From NCBI RefSeq assembly GCF_009914755.1, contig NC_060940.1: a DNA stretch of 64,000 bases. One strand, written 5' to 3'. The stretch comes from the human T2T-CHM13v2.0 reference genome, Homo sapiens. Below are positions 38,363 through 53,300 of this stretch, in pieces. A model generated the notes under the pieces. It was given only the letters and a program-made list of their open reading frames with translations. It made no database searches and had not been told where the DNA came from. Within the stretch, counting starts at the first letter, position 1, and the number at the start of each line of letters is the position of its first letter. Position numbers and translations under genes: made by a program.

Positions 38363-41300
38363 TTCAATGACTCCATTCGGTTCCTTTTGATGATGATTCC
38401 GTTCGATTCCATTTCATTATTCCATTTGATTCCATTGGATGAGTCCATTCGATTACATTCGATGATTATTCCATTCGAGTGCATTAGATGATTCCATTCG
38501 AGTCCATTCGATGATTCCATTCGATTCCATTCGATGTTGATTCTGTTCAAATCCATTCGATGATTCCACTCGATTCCATTCGATGACTCCAGTTGATCCC
38601 ATTCGATGATTTCCTTTGATTCCCTTTGATGATCATTCCATTTGATTCAATTCGGTGATTTCATTTGATTCCATTCAGTGATGTTTCCATTCGACTCCAT
38701 TCGATGATGATTCCATTCGACTCCATTCGATTATGATTTCATTCAATTCCATTCGATAATGATTCCCTTCGAGTCCATTCGATGATTCCATTCGATTCCA
38801 TTCAACGATGATTTGATTCGTGTCCATTCGATGATTCCATTTGATTCCACTTGATGATGATTCCATTCGAGTCCATTTGATGATTCCATTCAATTCCATT
38901 CTCCGATGATTTCTTTTGAGCCCATTCAATGCTTCCACTCGATTCCATATGATGATGACTCCATTCGATGAAATTCGATGATGATTCCATTCGCTTGCAT
39001 TCGATGATGATTCCACTTGAGTCCATTAGAAGATTCTATTCAATTACATTCCATGACGATTCCGTTCGAGTCCATTTGATGATTCCATTAGACTCCATTC
39101 GACGATGATTCCATTCGATGTTATTCGATGATTCCATTCGATCTCATTCGATGATGATTCCATTCAACTCCATTCGATGTTTCCATTCGAGTTCATTCTA
39201 TTATTCCATTAGATTCCATTCGATGATGATTCCATTCGATTCCATTTGATGATTGCATTCTATTTCATTTGATGATGATTCCATTCGAGTCCACTCGATG
39301 ATTCCATTCGAGTCCATTTAATGAATCCATTGGTTTCAATTCTATGATGATTACATTGGATTCCATTCGTTGATGATTTCATTCGGTTCCATTCAATGAT
39401 GATTCCATTCAATTCCTTTCAATGTTTCCATTCAATTCCATACGATGATGATTCCATTTGATTTGATTCGACAGTGAGCCATTCGATTCAATTCCATGAT
39501 GATTCTATTTGATTCCATTGGTTGACATTTCCATTCGATTCCATTCGATGATGATTCCCTTTGATTCCATTCAAAGATGATTCCATTCTAGCCCATTCAA
39601 TCATTCCATTCGAATCTATTCAATGATGATTCCATTCATGTCGATTTGGTGATTCCATTTGACTTCATTTGATGATGATTCCTTTCAAGTTCATTAGATG
39701 ATTCCATTCGATTCCATTTGATGATGATCCCATTCGAGTCCATTCAGTGATTCCACTCGTTTCCATTCCATGATGATTCCATTCCATTCCATGCAATGAT
39801 TCCATTCGATTCCGTTTGATGATGATTTCATTCGAGTCCATTTGATGATTCCATTTGATTCCATTCGATGATGATTCCATTCGAGTCCATTCGATGATTC
39901 TATTCGAATCCATTTGATGATTTCTTTTGATTATAGTTGGTGATGATTCCATTGGAGTCCATTCAATGATTCCATTCGATTCCAATCGATGGTGATTCCA
40001 TTAGAGTCCATTTAATGATTCCATTTGATTCCAGTCTCTGATGATTACATTCGAGTCCATACGATGATTCCACTCAATTCCATATGATGATGATTCCATT
40101 CGATTCCATTCGATGATTCCATTCTATTCTATTCAATGGTGATTCCATTCGAGTACATTAGATGATTCCATTCGATTCCATTCAATGATGATTCTATTTG
40201 TGTCCCTTAGATGATTCCACATGATTCCATTAGATGATGATACTATTTGAGCCCATCCAATGATTCCCTTCGATTCCATTCGATGAGGATTCCATTCGAT
40301 TCAATTCATTGGTGATTCTATTCAATTCAATTCTTTGATTCCATTCCATTCCATTCGACAATGATTCCATTCGATTTCTTTCGATGATTCCACTCGATTC
40401 CACTTGACATTGATTCCCTTCGATTCCATTCAATGATTCCATTTGATTCCAGTGGATGATGATTGCCATCGATTCCATTTGATCACTCCATTCTATTCCA
40501 CTTGATGATGATTACATTCGATTCCATTTGACGATTCCATCTGATTCTATTCGAGGATTCCATTTGATTCCATTCGATGATGATTCCATTCGAGTCCATT
40601 CGATGATATCATTCGAATACATCCAATGATTCCATTCGAGTCCATTTGATGATTCCATTTGATTCCATTTGATAATGATTCTACTAGAGTCCATTCAATG
40701 ACTCCATTGGAGTCCATTCAACAATTCCATTCGACTCCATTTGATGATTCCATTGGATTCCATTTGATGATTCCATTCGAGTCCATTTAATCATTACAGT
40801 CGAGTCCATTTGGTGATTCCACCGGATTTCTTTTGATAATGATACCATTCAATTACATTTGATGATGATCCCATTCAATTTCATTTGATGATGATTCCAT
40901 TAGAGTCTATTCGATGATTTCATTCGAGTCCCTTCATTGATTCCATCCGATTTCATTGGATGATGACTCCATTCGAGTCCATTCGATGATTCCACTCGAT
41001 TCCATTAGATGATTCCATTGGAGTCCATTTCATTGTTCCATTCGATTCCATTCGATTCCTTTCGAAGATTATTCCATTTGAGTCCATTCGATGATGATTC
41101 CATTCCATTCCATTCGATGATTCCGTTTGATTCCATTCGATGATTCCCTTCGATTCCTTTCTTTGATGATTCCATTCCATTCCATTCAATGATTCCATTC
41201 GAATCTATTCCATGATGATTCCTTTCGATTCCATTCGCTGATGATTCCGTTCAATTCCATTCGATGATGATTCCATTCGATTCCATTCATTGAGGATTCC

Positions 41301-44300
41301 ATTTGATTCCATTCAATGATGATTCCGTTCTATTCCATTCAATGATTGCATTCAATTCCATTCAGTGATTATCCCCTTAGAGTAAACTCAACGATTCCAT
41401 TCAATACCATTCGATGATGATTCCTTTTGAGTCCATTCAATGATTTCATTCAAGTCCATTTGATGATTCCTTTCAATTCCATTCTATGATGATTCCATTC
41501 GAGTCCATTCGATGATTCCATTCGATTGCATTTGATGATTACATTATATTCCAGTCAACGATGATTCCATTCGAGTCCATTCGATGATTCCATTAGAGTA
41601 CATTTAATGATTGCTTTGTTTTCAATTCGAAGATGATTACATTGGATTCCATTCTATGATACCATTCGATTCCATTCAATGATGATTCCACTCAAATCCA
41701 TTGGATGATTCCATTCTTGTCCATTCGGTGATTTCATTAGATTCCATTCGAGGATGATTCCATTCGATTCCATTCGATGATTCCATTCAATTCCATTCGA
41801 GGATGATTCTATTCCAGTCCATATGATCATTCCATTTGATTTCATTCGATGATGATTCCATTCGATTCCATTCGATGATTCCATTCTATTCCATTCGATG
41901 ATGATTCCATTCGAGTCCATTCGATGATTCCATTCGAGTCCATTTAATGATTCCATTGGGTTCAATTCAATGATGATTACATTGGATTCCGTTCTATGAT
42001 TCCATTCAATTCCGTTCATTGACAATTTGATTCCATTCGATGATGATTCCATTTGAGTTCATTCGATGATTCTATTCGATTCTCTTCGATGGTGATTCAA
42101 TTCTATTATATTGGATGATTCCATTCGATTCCATTTGATGTTGATTCAATTCGATTCTATTCGATGATGATTCCATTGGATTTCACTTGATGATTCTATT
42201 CGATTCCATTCAATGATGATTCACTTCTCGTCCATTGGATGATTCCATTTCATTCCATTCGATGATGATTCCATTCGATTCCATTCGATGATTCCATTTG
42301 ATTCCATGCGTTGGTGAGCAATTCGATTCAATTCCATGATGATTCTATTTGATTCAATTAGATGATGTTTCCATTCGAATCCATTCCATGATTATTCCAT
42401 TGGAATCCATTCGGCGATGATTCCATATGAGTCAATTCAATGATGATTCCATATGGGTCCGTTCGATGATAATTCCATTAGATTTCATTCGGTGCTTCTA
42501 TTCAATTCCAGTCGATGATGATTCCGTTGGAGTCCATACGATGATTCCATTTGATTTCATTTGATGATGATTCCATTCGATGATGATTACATTGGATTCC
42601 ATTCTATGATTCCATTCAATTCCATTCGTTGATGATTCGATTCCATTCAATGATGATTCCATTTGAGTTCATTCGATGATTCTATTCGATTCCGTTCGAT
42701 GGTGATTCAATTCTCTTATATTGGATGAATCCACTCGATTCCATTTGATGATTATTCCATTGGAGTCCACTTAGTGAATCCTTCAGATTCTACTCGAAGA
42801 TGATTCCATTCAAGTCCATTCGATGATACCATTCAATTCCATTCGTTGATGCTTCCATTCAAGTGCATTCGATGATATCATTCGATTCCATTTGATGATA
42901 ATTCCATTTGATTCCATGCGATGATTCTATTCGATTCCATTCAATGATAATTCCATTCAGTTCAGTGATTCCTCTGGACTCCATTTGATGATGATTCCAT
43001 TCAATGATTCCATTCGATTCTATTCGAAAGTGATTCCATTTGAATCCATTTGATGATGATTCCATTAGATTCCATTTGATGATTCCATTCGATTCCATGC
43101 GACGATGATTCCATTCGATTCCATGTGATGATTCCATTCTATTCTATTCGATGATGATTCCATTCGATTCCATTCGATGATGATTGGATTCGATTCCATT
43201 TGATGATATCATTTGATTCCATTCGTTAATGATTTCGATCAATTCCATTCGATGATTCCATTCGATTCCATTCGATAATGATTACATCCGTGTCCATTCA
43301 GTGATTCCATTTGAGCCTGTTCGATAATTCCATTTGAGTCCAACCAATGATTCCATTCATTTCCATTCAATGATTCCATTCGAGTCCATTTGATCATTCC
43401 GGTAGGGTCCATTCGATGTTGATTCCATTGGAGTGCATTCGATGATTCCATTCGAGTCCATTTTACGATTTGATTCGAGTCCTTTCGATGATTCCATTCG
43501 ATTCCACTCGATGATGATTTCATTCGAGTCCATTCGACACTTCCAATCGATTCCATTTGATGTTTCCATTCGAGTCCAATTGATGATTCCATTCAATTCC
43601 ATTCGATGATGATTCCGTACGATTCCATTCTGTGATGATTCCATGTGATTGCATTCAATGATGATTCCTTTAGATTGCATTCGATTGTGATTCATTTCGT
43701 CTTCGTTCTATGGTTCCACAGGTTTCCATTCGTGTCCATTCCATTATTCCATTCTATTCCATTTGATGATGATTCCATTCGATTCCATTCATTGGTGATT
43801 CCACTCAATTCCATTCAATGATTCCATTCCATTTCTTTCAACAATGATTCCATTAGTTTCTAATCGATGATCCACTTGATTCCATTTGACGACGATTCCA
43901 TTCTTGTCCATTCGATGATTCCATTTGATTCCATATGATGATGATTCCATTCGATTCCATACGATGATGATTCCATTCGAGTCCATTCAATGGTGATTCC
44001 ATTCAATTCCATTCGATGATTCCTTTCGATTCCATTCGATGATGATGGCATTCGATTCCTTTCAATCATTCCCTTTGATTGCATTGAAAGGTGATTTCAT
44101 TCAAGTCCATTCGATAATTGCATTCGATTCCATTCTATGATGATTCCATTCGAGTCCATTTGATGATTCCATTCAATTCAAGTCAATGATGATTCCATTC
44201 GATTCCATTCGATGATTCCATTGGATTCCATTCGATGATGATTCCATTCAAATCCATTCGATAATTCAATTCAAGTCCATTCGATGATGATTAAAATCGA

Positions 44301-47300
44301 ATCTATTCAAAGATTCCATTCAGTTGCATTCGATGATTCCCTTAGATTCCATTCGATGATTCCACTTGATTTCATTTACGATGATTCCATTCGATTCCAT
44401 GTGATGATTCCATTCAATTCTATTCAATGCTGTTTCCATTTGATTCCATTCGACCATGATTGCCTTTGATTCCATTCAATGACTCCATTCGGTTCCTTTT
44501 GATGATGATTCCGTTCGATTCCATTTCATTATTCCATTTGATTCCATTGGATGAGTCCATTCGATTACATTCGATGATTATTCCATTCGAGTGCATTAGA
44601 TGATTCCATTCGAGTCCATTCGATGATTCCATTCGATTCCATTCGATGTTGATTCTGTTCAAATCCATTCGATGATTCCACTCGATTCCATTCGATGACT
44701 CCAGTTGATCCCATTCGATGATTTCCTTTGATTCCCTTTGATGATCATTCCATTTGATTCAATTCGGTGATTTCATTTGATTCCATTCAGTGATGTTTCC
44801 ATTCGACTCCATTCGATGATGATTCCATTCGACTCCATTCGATTATGATTTCATTCAATTCCATTCGATAATGATTCCCTTCGAGTCCATTCGATGATTC
44901 CATTCGATTCCATTCAACGATGATTTGATTCGTGTCCATTCGATGATTCCATTTGATTCCACTTGATGATGATTCCATTCGAGTCCATTTGATGATTCCA
45001 TTCAATTCCATTCTCCGATGATTTCTTTTGAGCCCATTCAATGCTTCCACTCGATTCCATATGATGATGACTCCATTCGATGAAATTCGATGATGATTCC
45101 ATTCGCTTGCATTCGATGATGATTCCACTTGAGTCCATTAGAAGATTCTATTCAATTACATTCCATGACGATTCCGTTCGAGTCCATTTGATGATTCCAT
45201 TAGACTCCATTCGACGATGATTCCATTCGATGTTATTCGATGATTCCATTCGATCTCATTCGATGATGATTCCATTCAACTCCATTCGATGTTTCCATTC
45301 GAGTTCATTCTATTATTCCATTAGATTCCATTCGATGATGATTCCATTCGATTCCATTTGATGATTGCATTCTATTTCATTTGATGATGATTCCATTCGA
45401 GTCCACTCGATGATTCCATTCGAGTCCATTTAATGAATCCATTGGTTTCAATTCTATGATGATTACATTGGATTCCATTCGTTGATGATTTCATTCGGTT
45501 CCATTCAATGATGATTCAATTCAATTCCTTTCAATGTTTCCATTCAATTCCATACGATGATGATTCCATTTGATTTGATTCGACAGTGAGCCATTCGATT
45601 CAATTCCATGATGATTCTATTTGATTCCATTGGTTGACATTTCCATTCGATTCCATTCGATGATGATTCCCTTTGATTCCATTCAAAGATGATTCCATTC
45701 TAGCCCATTCAATCATTCCATTCGAATCTATTCAATGATGATTCCATTCATGTCGATTTCGTGATTCCATTTGACTTCATTTGATGATGATTCCTTTCAA
45801 GTTCATTAGATGATTCCATTCGATTCCATTTGATGATGATCCCATTCGAGTCCATTCAGTGATTCCACTCGTTTCCATTCCATGATGATTCCATTCCATT
45901 CCATGCAATGATTCCATTCGATTCCGTTTGATGATGATTTCATTCGAGTCCATTTGATGATTCCATTTGATTCCATTCGATGATGATTCCATTCGAGTCC
46001 ATTCGATGATTCTATTCGAATCCATTTGATGATTTCTTTTGATTATAGTTGGTGATGATTCCATTGGAGTCCATTCAATGATTCCATTCGATTCCAATCG
46101 ATGGTGATTCCATTAGAGTCCATTTAATGATTCCATTTGATTCCAGTCTCTGATGATTACATTCGAGTCCATACGATGATTCCACTCAATTCCATATCAT
46201 GATGATTCCATTCGATTCCATTCGATGATTCCATTCTATTCTATTCAATGGTGATTCCATTCGAGTACATTAGATGATTCCATTCGATTCCATTCAGTGA
46301 TGATTCTATTTGTGTCCCTTAGATGATTCCACATGATTCCATTAGATGATGATACTATTTGAGCCCATCCAATGATTCCCTTCGATTCCATTCGATGAGG
46401 ATTCCATTCGATTCAATTCATTGGTGATTCTATTCAATTCAATTCTTTGATTCCATTCCATTCCATTCGACAATGATTCCATTCGATTTCTTTCGATGAT
46501 TCCACTCGATTCCACTTGACATTGATTCCCTTCGATTCCATTCAATGATTCCATTTGATTCCAGTGGATGATGATTGCCATCGATTCCATTTGATCACTC
46601 CATTCTATTCCACTTGATGATGATTACATTCGATTCCATTTGACGATTCCATCTGATTCTATTCGAGGATTCCATTTGATTCCATTCGATGATGATTCCA
46701 TTCGAGTCCATTCGATGATATCATTCGAGTACATCCAATGATTCCATTCGAGTCCATTTGATGATTCCATTTGATTCCATTTGATAATGATTCTACTAGA
46801 GTCCATTCAATGACTCCATTGGAGTCCATTCAACAATTCCATTCGACTCCATTTGATGATTCCATTGGATTCCATTTGATGATTCCATTCGAGTCCATTT
46901 AATCATTACAGTCGAGTCCATTTGGTGATTCCACCGGATTTCTTTTGATAATGATACCATTCAATTACATTTGATGATGATCCCATTCAATTTCATTTGA
47001 TGATGATTCCATTAGAGTCCATTCGATGATTTCATTCGAGTCCCTTCATTGATTCCATCCGATTTCATTGGATGATGACTCCATTCGAGTCCATTCGATG
47101 ATTCCACTCGATTCCATTAGATGATTCCATTGGAGTCCATTTGATTGTTCCATTCGATTCCATTCGATTCCTTTCGAAGATTATTCCATTTGAGTCCATT
47201 CGATGATGATTCCATTCCATTCCATTCGATGATTCCGTTTGATTCCATTTGATGATTCCCTTCGATTCCTTTCTTTGATGATTCCATTCCATTCCATTCA

Positions 47301-50300
47301 ATGATTCCATTCGAATCTATTCCATGATGATTCCTTTCGATTCCATTCGCTGATGTTTCCGTTCAATTCCATTCGATGATGATTCCATTCGATTCCATTC
47401 ATTGAGGATTCCATTTGATTCCATTCAATGATGATTCCGTTCTATTCCATTCAATGATTGCATTCAATTCCATTAAGTGATTATCCCCTTAGAGTAAACT
47501 CAACGATTCCATTCAATACCATTCGATGATGATTCCTTTTGAGTCCATTCAATGATTTCATTCAAGTCCATTTGATGATTCCTTTGAATTCCATTCTATG
47601 ATGATTCCATTCGAGTCCATTCGATGATTCCATTCGATTGCATTCGATGATTCCATTATATTCCAGTCAACGATGATTCCATTCGAGTCCATTCGATGAT
47701 TCCATTAGAGTACATTTAATGATTGCTTTGTTTTCAATTCGAAGATGATTACATTGGATTCCATTCTATGATACCATTCGATTCCATTCAATGATGATTC
47801 CACTCAAATCCATTGGATGATTCCATTCGTGTCCATTCGGTGATTTCATTAGATTCCATTCGAGGATGATTCCATTCGATTCCATTCGATGATTCCATTC
47901 AATTCCATTCGAGGATGATTCCATTCCAGTCCATATGATCATTCCATTTGATTTCATTCGATGATGATTCCATTCGATTCCATTCGATGATTCCATTCTA
48001 TTCCATTCGATGATGATTCCATTCGAGTCCATTCGATGATTCCATTCGAGTCCATTTAATGATTCCATTGGGTTCAATTCAATGATGATTACATTGGATT
48101 CCGTTCTATGATTCCATTCAATTCCGTTCATTGACAATTTGATTCCATTCGATGATGATTCCATTTGAGTTCATTCGATGATTCTATTCGATTCTCTTCG
48201 ATGGTGATTCAATTCTATTATATTGGATGATTCCATTCGATTCCATTTGATGTTGATTCAATTCGATTCTATTCGATGATGATTCCATTGGATTTCACTT
48301 GATGATTCTATTCGATTCCATTCAATGATGATTCACTTCTCGTCCATTGGATGATTCCATTTCATTCCATTCGATGATGATTCCATTCGATTCCATTCGA
48401 TGATTCCATTTGATTCCATGCGTCGGTGAGCAATTCGATTCAATTCCATGATGATTCTATTTGATTCAATTAGATGATGTTTCCATTCGAATCCATTCCA
48501 TGATTATTCCATTGGAATCCATTCGGTGATGATTCCATATGAGTCAATTCAATGATGATTCCATATGGGTCCGTTCGATGATAATTCCATTTGATTTCAT
48601 TCGGTGCTTCTATTCAATTCCAGTCGATGATGATTCCGTTGGAGTCCATACGATGATTCCATTTGATTTCATTTGATGATGATTCCATTCGATGATGATT
48701 ACATTGGATTCCATTCTATGATTCCATTCAATTCCATTCGTTGATGATTCGATTCCATTCAATGATGATTCCATTTGAGTTCATTCGATGATTCTATTCG
48801 ATTCCGTTCGATGGTGATTCAATTCTCTTATATTGGATGAATCCACTCGATTCCATTTGATGATTATTCCATTGGAGTCCACTTAGTGAATCCTTCAGAT
48901 TCTACTCGAAGATGATTCCATTCAAGTCCATTCGATGATACCATTCAATTCCATTCGTTGATGCTTCCATTCAAGTGCATTCGATGATATCATTCGATTC
49001 CATTTGATGATAATTCCATTTGATTCCGTGCGATGATTCTATTCGATTCCATTCAATGATAATTCCATTCAGTTCAGTGATTCCTCTGGACTCCATTTGA
49101 TGATGATTCCATTCAATGATTCCATTCGATTCTATTCGAAAGTGATTCCATTTGAATCCATTTGATGATGATTCCATTAGATTCCATTTGATGATTCCAT
49201 TCGATTCCATGCGACGATGATTCCATTCGATTCCATGTGATGATTCCATTCTATTCTATTCGATGATGATTCCATTCGATTCCATTCGATGATGATTGGA
49301 TTCGATTCCATTTGATGATATCATTTGATTCCATTCGTTAATGATTTCGATCAATTCCATTCGATGATTCCATTCGATTCCATTCGATAATGATTACATC
49401 CGTGTCCATTCAGTGATTCCATTTGAGCCTGTTCGATAATTCCATTTGAGTCCAACCAATGATTCCATTCATTTCCATTCAATGATTCCATTCGAGTCCA
49501 TTTGATCATTCCGGTAGGGTCCATTCGATGTTGATTCCATTGGAGTGCATTCGATGATTCCATTCGAGTCCATTTTACGATTTGATTCGAGTCCTTTCGA
49601 TGATTCCATTCGATTCCACTCGATGATGATTTCATTCGAGTCCATTCGACACTTCCAATCGATTCCATTTGATGTTTCCATTCGATTCCAATTGATGATT
49701 CCATTCAATTCCATTCGATGATGATTCCGTAGGATTCCATTCTGTGATGATTCCATGTGATTGCATTCAATGATGATTCCTTTAGATTGCATTCGATTGT
49801 GATTCATTTCGTCTTCATTCTATGGTTCCACAGGTTTCCATTCGTGTCCATTCCATTATTCCATTCTATTCCATTTGATGATGATTCCATTCGATTCCAT
49901 TCATTGGTGATTCCACTCAATTCCATTCAATGATTCCATTCCATTTCTTTCAACAATGATTCCATTAGTTTCTAATCGATGATCCACTTGATTCCATTTG
50001 ACGACGATTCCATTCTTGTCCATTCGATGGTTCCATTTGATTCCATATGATGATGATTCCATTCGATTCCATACGATGATGATTCCATTCGAGTCCATTC
50101 AATGGTGATTCCATTCAATTCCATTCGATGATTCCTTTCGATTCCATTCGATGATGATGGCATTCGATTCCTTTCAATCATTCCCTTTGATTCCATTCAA
50201 AGGTGATTTCATTCAAGTCCATTCGATAATTGCATTCGATTCCATTCTATGATGATTCCATTCGAGTCCATTTGATGATTCCATTCAATTCAAGTCAATG

Positions 50301-53300
50301 ATGATTCCATTCGATTCCATTCGATGATTCCATTGGATTCCATTCGATGATGATTCCATTCAAATCCATTCGATAATTCAATTCAAGTCCATTCGATGAT
50401 GATTAAAATCGAATCCATTCAAAGATTCCATTCAGTTCCATTCGATGATTCCCTTAGATTCCATTCGATGATTCCACTTGATTTCATTTACGATGATTCC
50501 ATTCGATTCCATGTGATGATTCCATTCAATTCTATTCAATGCTGTTTCCATTTGATTCCATTCGACCATGATTGCCTTTGATTCCATTCAATGACTCCAT
50601 TCGGTTCCTTTTGATGATGATTCCGTTCGATTCCATTTCATTATTCCATTTGATTCCATTGGATGAGTCCATTCGATTACATTCGATGATTATTCCATTC
50701 GAGTGCATTAGATGATTCCATTCGAGTCCATTCGATGATTCCATTCGATTCCATTCGATGTTGATTCTGTTCAAATCCATTCGATGATTCCACTCGATTC
50801 CATTCGATGACTCCAGTTGATCCCATTCGATGATTTCCTTTGATTCCCTTTGATGATCATTCCATTTGATTCAATTCGGTGATTTCATTTGATTCCATTC
50901 AGTGATGTTTCCATTCGACTCCATTCGATGATGATTCCATTCGACTCCATTCGATTATGATTTCATTCAATTCCATTCGATAATGATTCCCTTCGAGTCC
51001 ATTCGATGATTCCATTCGATTCCATTCAACGATGATTTGATTCGTGTCCATTCGATGATTCCATTTGATTCCACTTGATGATGATTCCATTCGAGTCCAT
51101 TTGATGATTCCATTCAATTCCATTCTCCGATGATTTCTTTTGAGCCCACTCAATGCTTCCACTCGATTCCATATGATGATGACTCCATTCGATGAAATTC
51201 GATGATGATTCCATTCGCTTGCATTCGATGATGATTCCACTTGAGTCCATTAGAAGATTCTATTCAATTACATTCCATGACGATTCCGTTCGAGTCCATT
51301 TGATGATTCCATTAGACTCCATTCGACGATGATTCCATTCGATGTTATTCGATGATTCCATTCGATCTCATTCGATGATGATTCCATTCAACTCCATTCG
51401 ATGTTTCCATTCGAGTTCATTCTATTATTCCATTAGATTCCATTCGATGATGATTCCATTCGATTCCATTTGATGATTGCATTCTATTTCATTTGATGAT
51501 GATTCCATTCGAGTCCACTCGATGTTTCCATTCGAGTCCATTTAATGAATCCATTGGTTTCAATTCTATGATGATTACATTGGATTCCATTCGTTGATGA
51601 TTTCATTCGGTTCCATTCAATGATGATTCCATTCAATTCCTTTCAATGTTTCCATTCAATTCCATACGATGATGATTCCATTTGATTTGATTCGACAGTG
51701 AGCCATTCGATTCAATTCCATGATGATTCTATTTGATTCCATTGGTTGACATTTCCATTCGATTCCATTCGATGATGATTCCCTTTGATTCCATTCAAAG
51801 ATGATTCCATTCTAGCCCATTCAATCATTCCATTCGATTCTATTCAATGATGATTCCATTCATGTCGATTTGGTGATTCCATTTGACTTCATTTGATGAT
51901 GATTCCTTTCAAGTTCATTAGATGATTCCATTCGATTCCATTTGATGATGATCCCATTCGAGTCCATTCAGTGATTCCACTCGTTTCCATTCCATGATGA
52001 TTCCATTCCATTCCATGCAATGATTCCATTCGATTCCGTTTGATGATGATTTCATTCGAGTCCATTTGATGATTCCATTTGATTCCATTCGATGATGATT
52101 CCATTCGAGTCCATTCGATGATTCTATTCGAATCCATTTGATGATTTCTTTTGATTATATTTGGTGATGATTCCATTGGAGTCCATTCAATGATTCCATT
52201 CGATTCCAATCGATGGTGATTCCATTAGAGTCCATTTAATGATTCCATTTGATTCCAGTCTCTGATGATTACATTCGAGTCCATACGATGATTCCACTCA
52301 ATTCCATATGATGATGATTCCATTCGATTCCATTCGATGATTCCATTCTATTCTATTCAATGGTGATTCCATTCGAGTACATTAGATGATTCCATTCGAT
52401 TCCATTCAATGATGATTCTATTTGTGTCCCTTAGATGATTCCACATGATTCCATTAGATGATGATACTATTTGAGCCCATCCAATGATTCCCTTCGATTC
52501 CATTCGATGAGGATTCCATTCGATTCAATTCATTGGTGATTCTATTCAATTCAATTCTTTGATTCCATTCCATTCCATTCGACAATGATTCCATTCGATT
52601 TCTTTCGATGATTCCACTCGATTCCACTTGACATTGATTCCCTTCGATTCCATTCAATGATTCCATTTGATTCCAGTGGATGATGATTGCCATCGATTCC
52701 ATTTGATCACTCCATTCTATTCCACTTGATGATGATTACATTCGATTCCATTTGACGATTCCATCTGATTCTATTCGAGGATTCCATTTGATTCCATTCG
52801 ATGATGATTCCATTCGAGTCCATTCGATGATATCATTCGAGTACATCCAATGATTCCATTCGAGTCCATTTGATGATTCCATTTGATTCCATTTGATAAT
52901 GATTCTACTAGAGTCCATTCAATGACTCCATTGGAGTCCATTCAACAATTCCATTCGACTCCATTTGATGATTCCATTGGATTCCATTTGATGATTCCAT
53001 TCGAGTCCATTTAATCATTACAGTCGAGTCCATTTGGTGATTCCACCGGCTTTCTTTTGATAATGATACCATTCAATTACATTTGATGATGATCCCATTC
53101 AATTTCATTTGATGATGATTCCATTAGAGTCCATTCGATGATTTCATTCGAGTCCCTTCATTGATTCCATCCGATTTCATTGGATGATGACTCCATTCGA
53201 GTCCATTCGATGATTCCACTCGATTCCATTAGATGATTCCATTGGAGTCCATTTGATTGTTCCATTCGATTCCATTCGATTCCTTTCGAAGATTATTCCA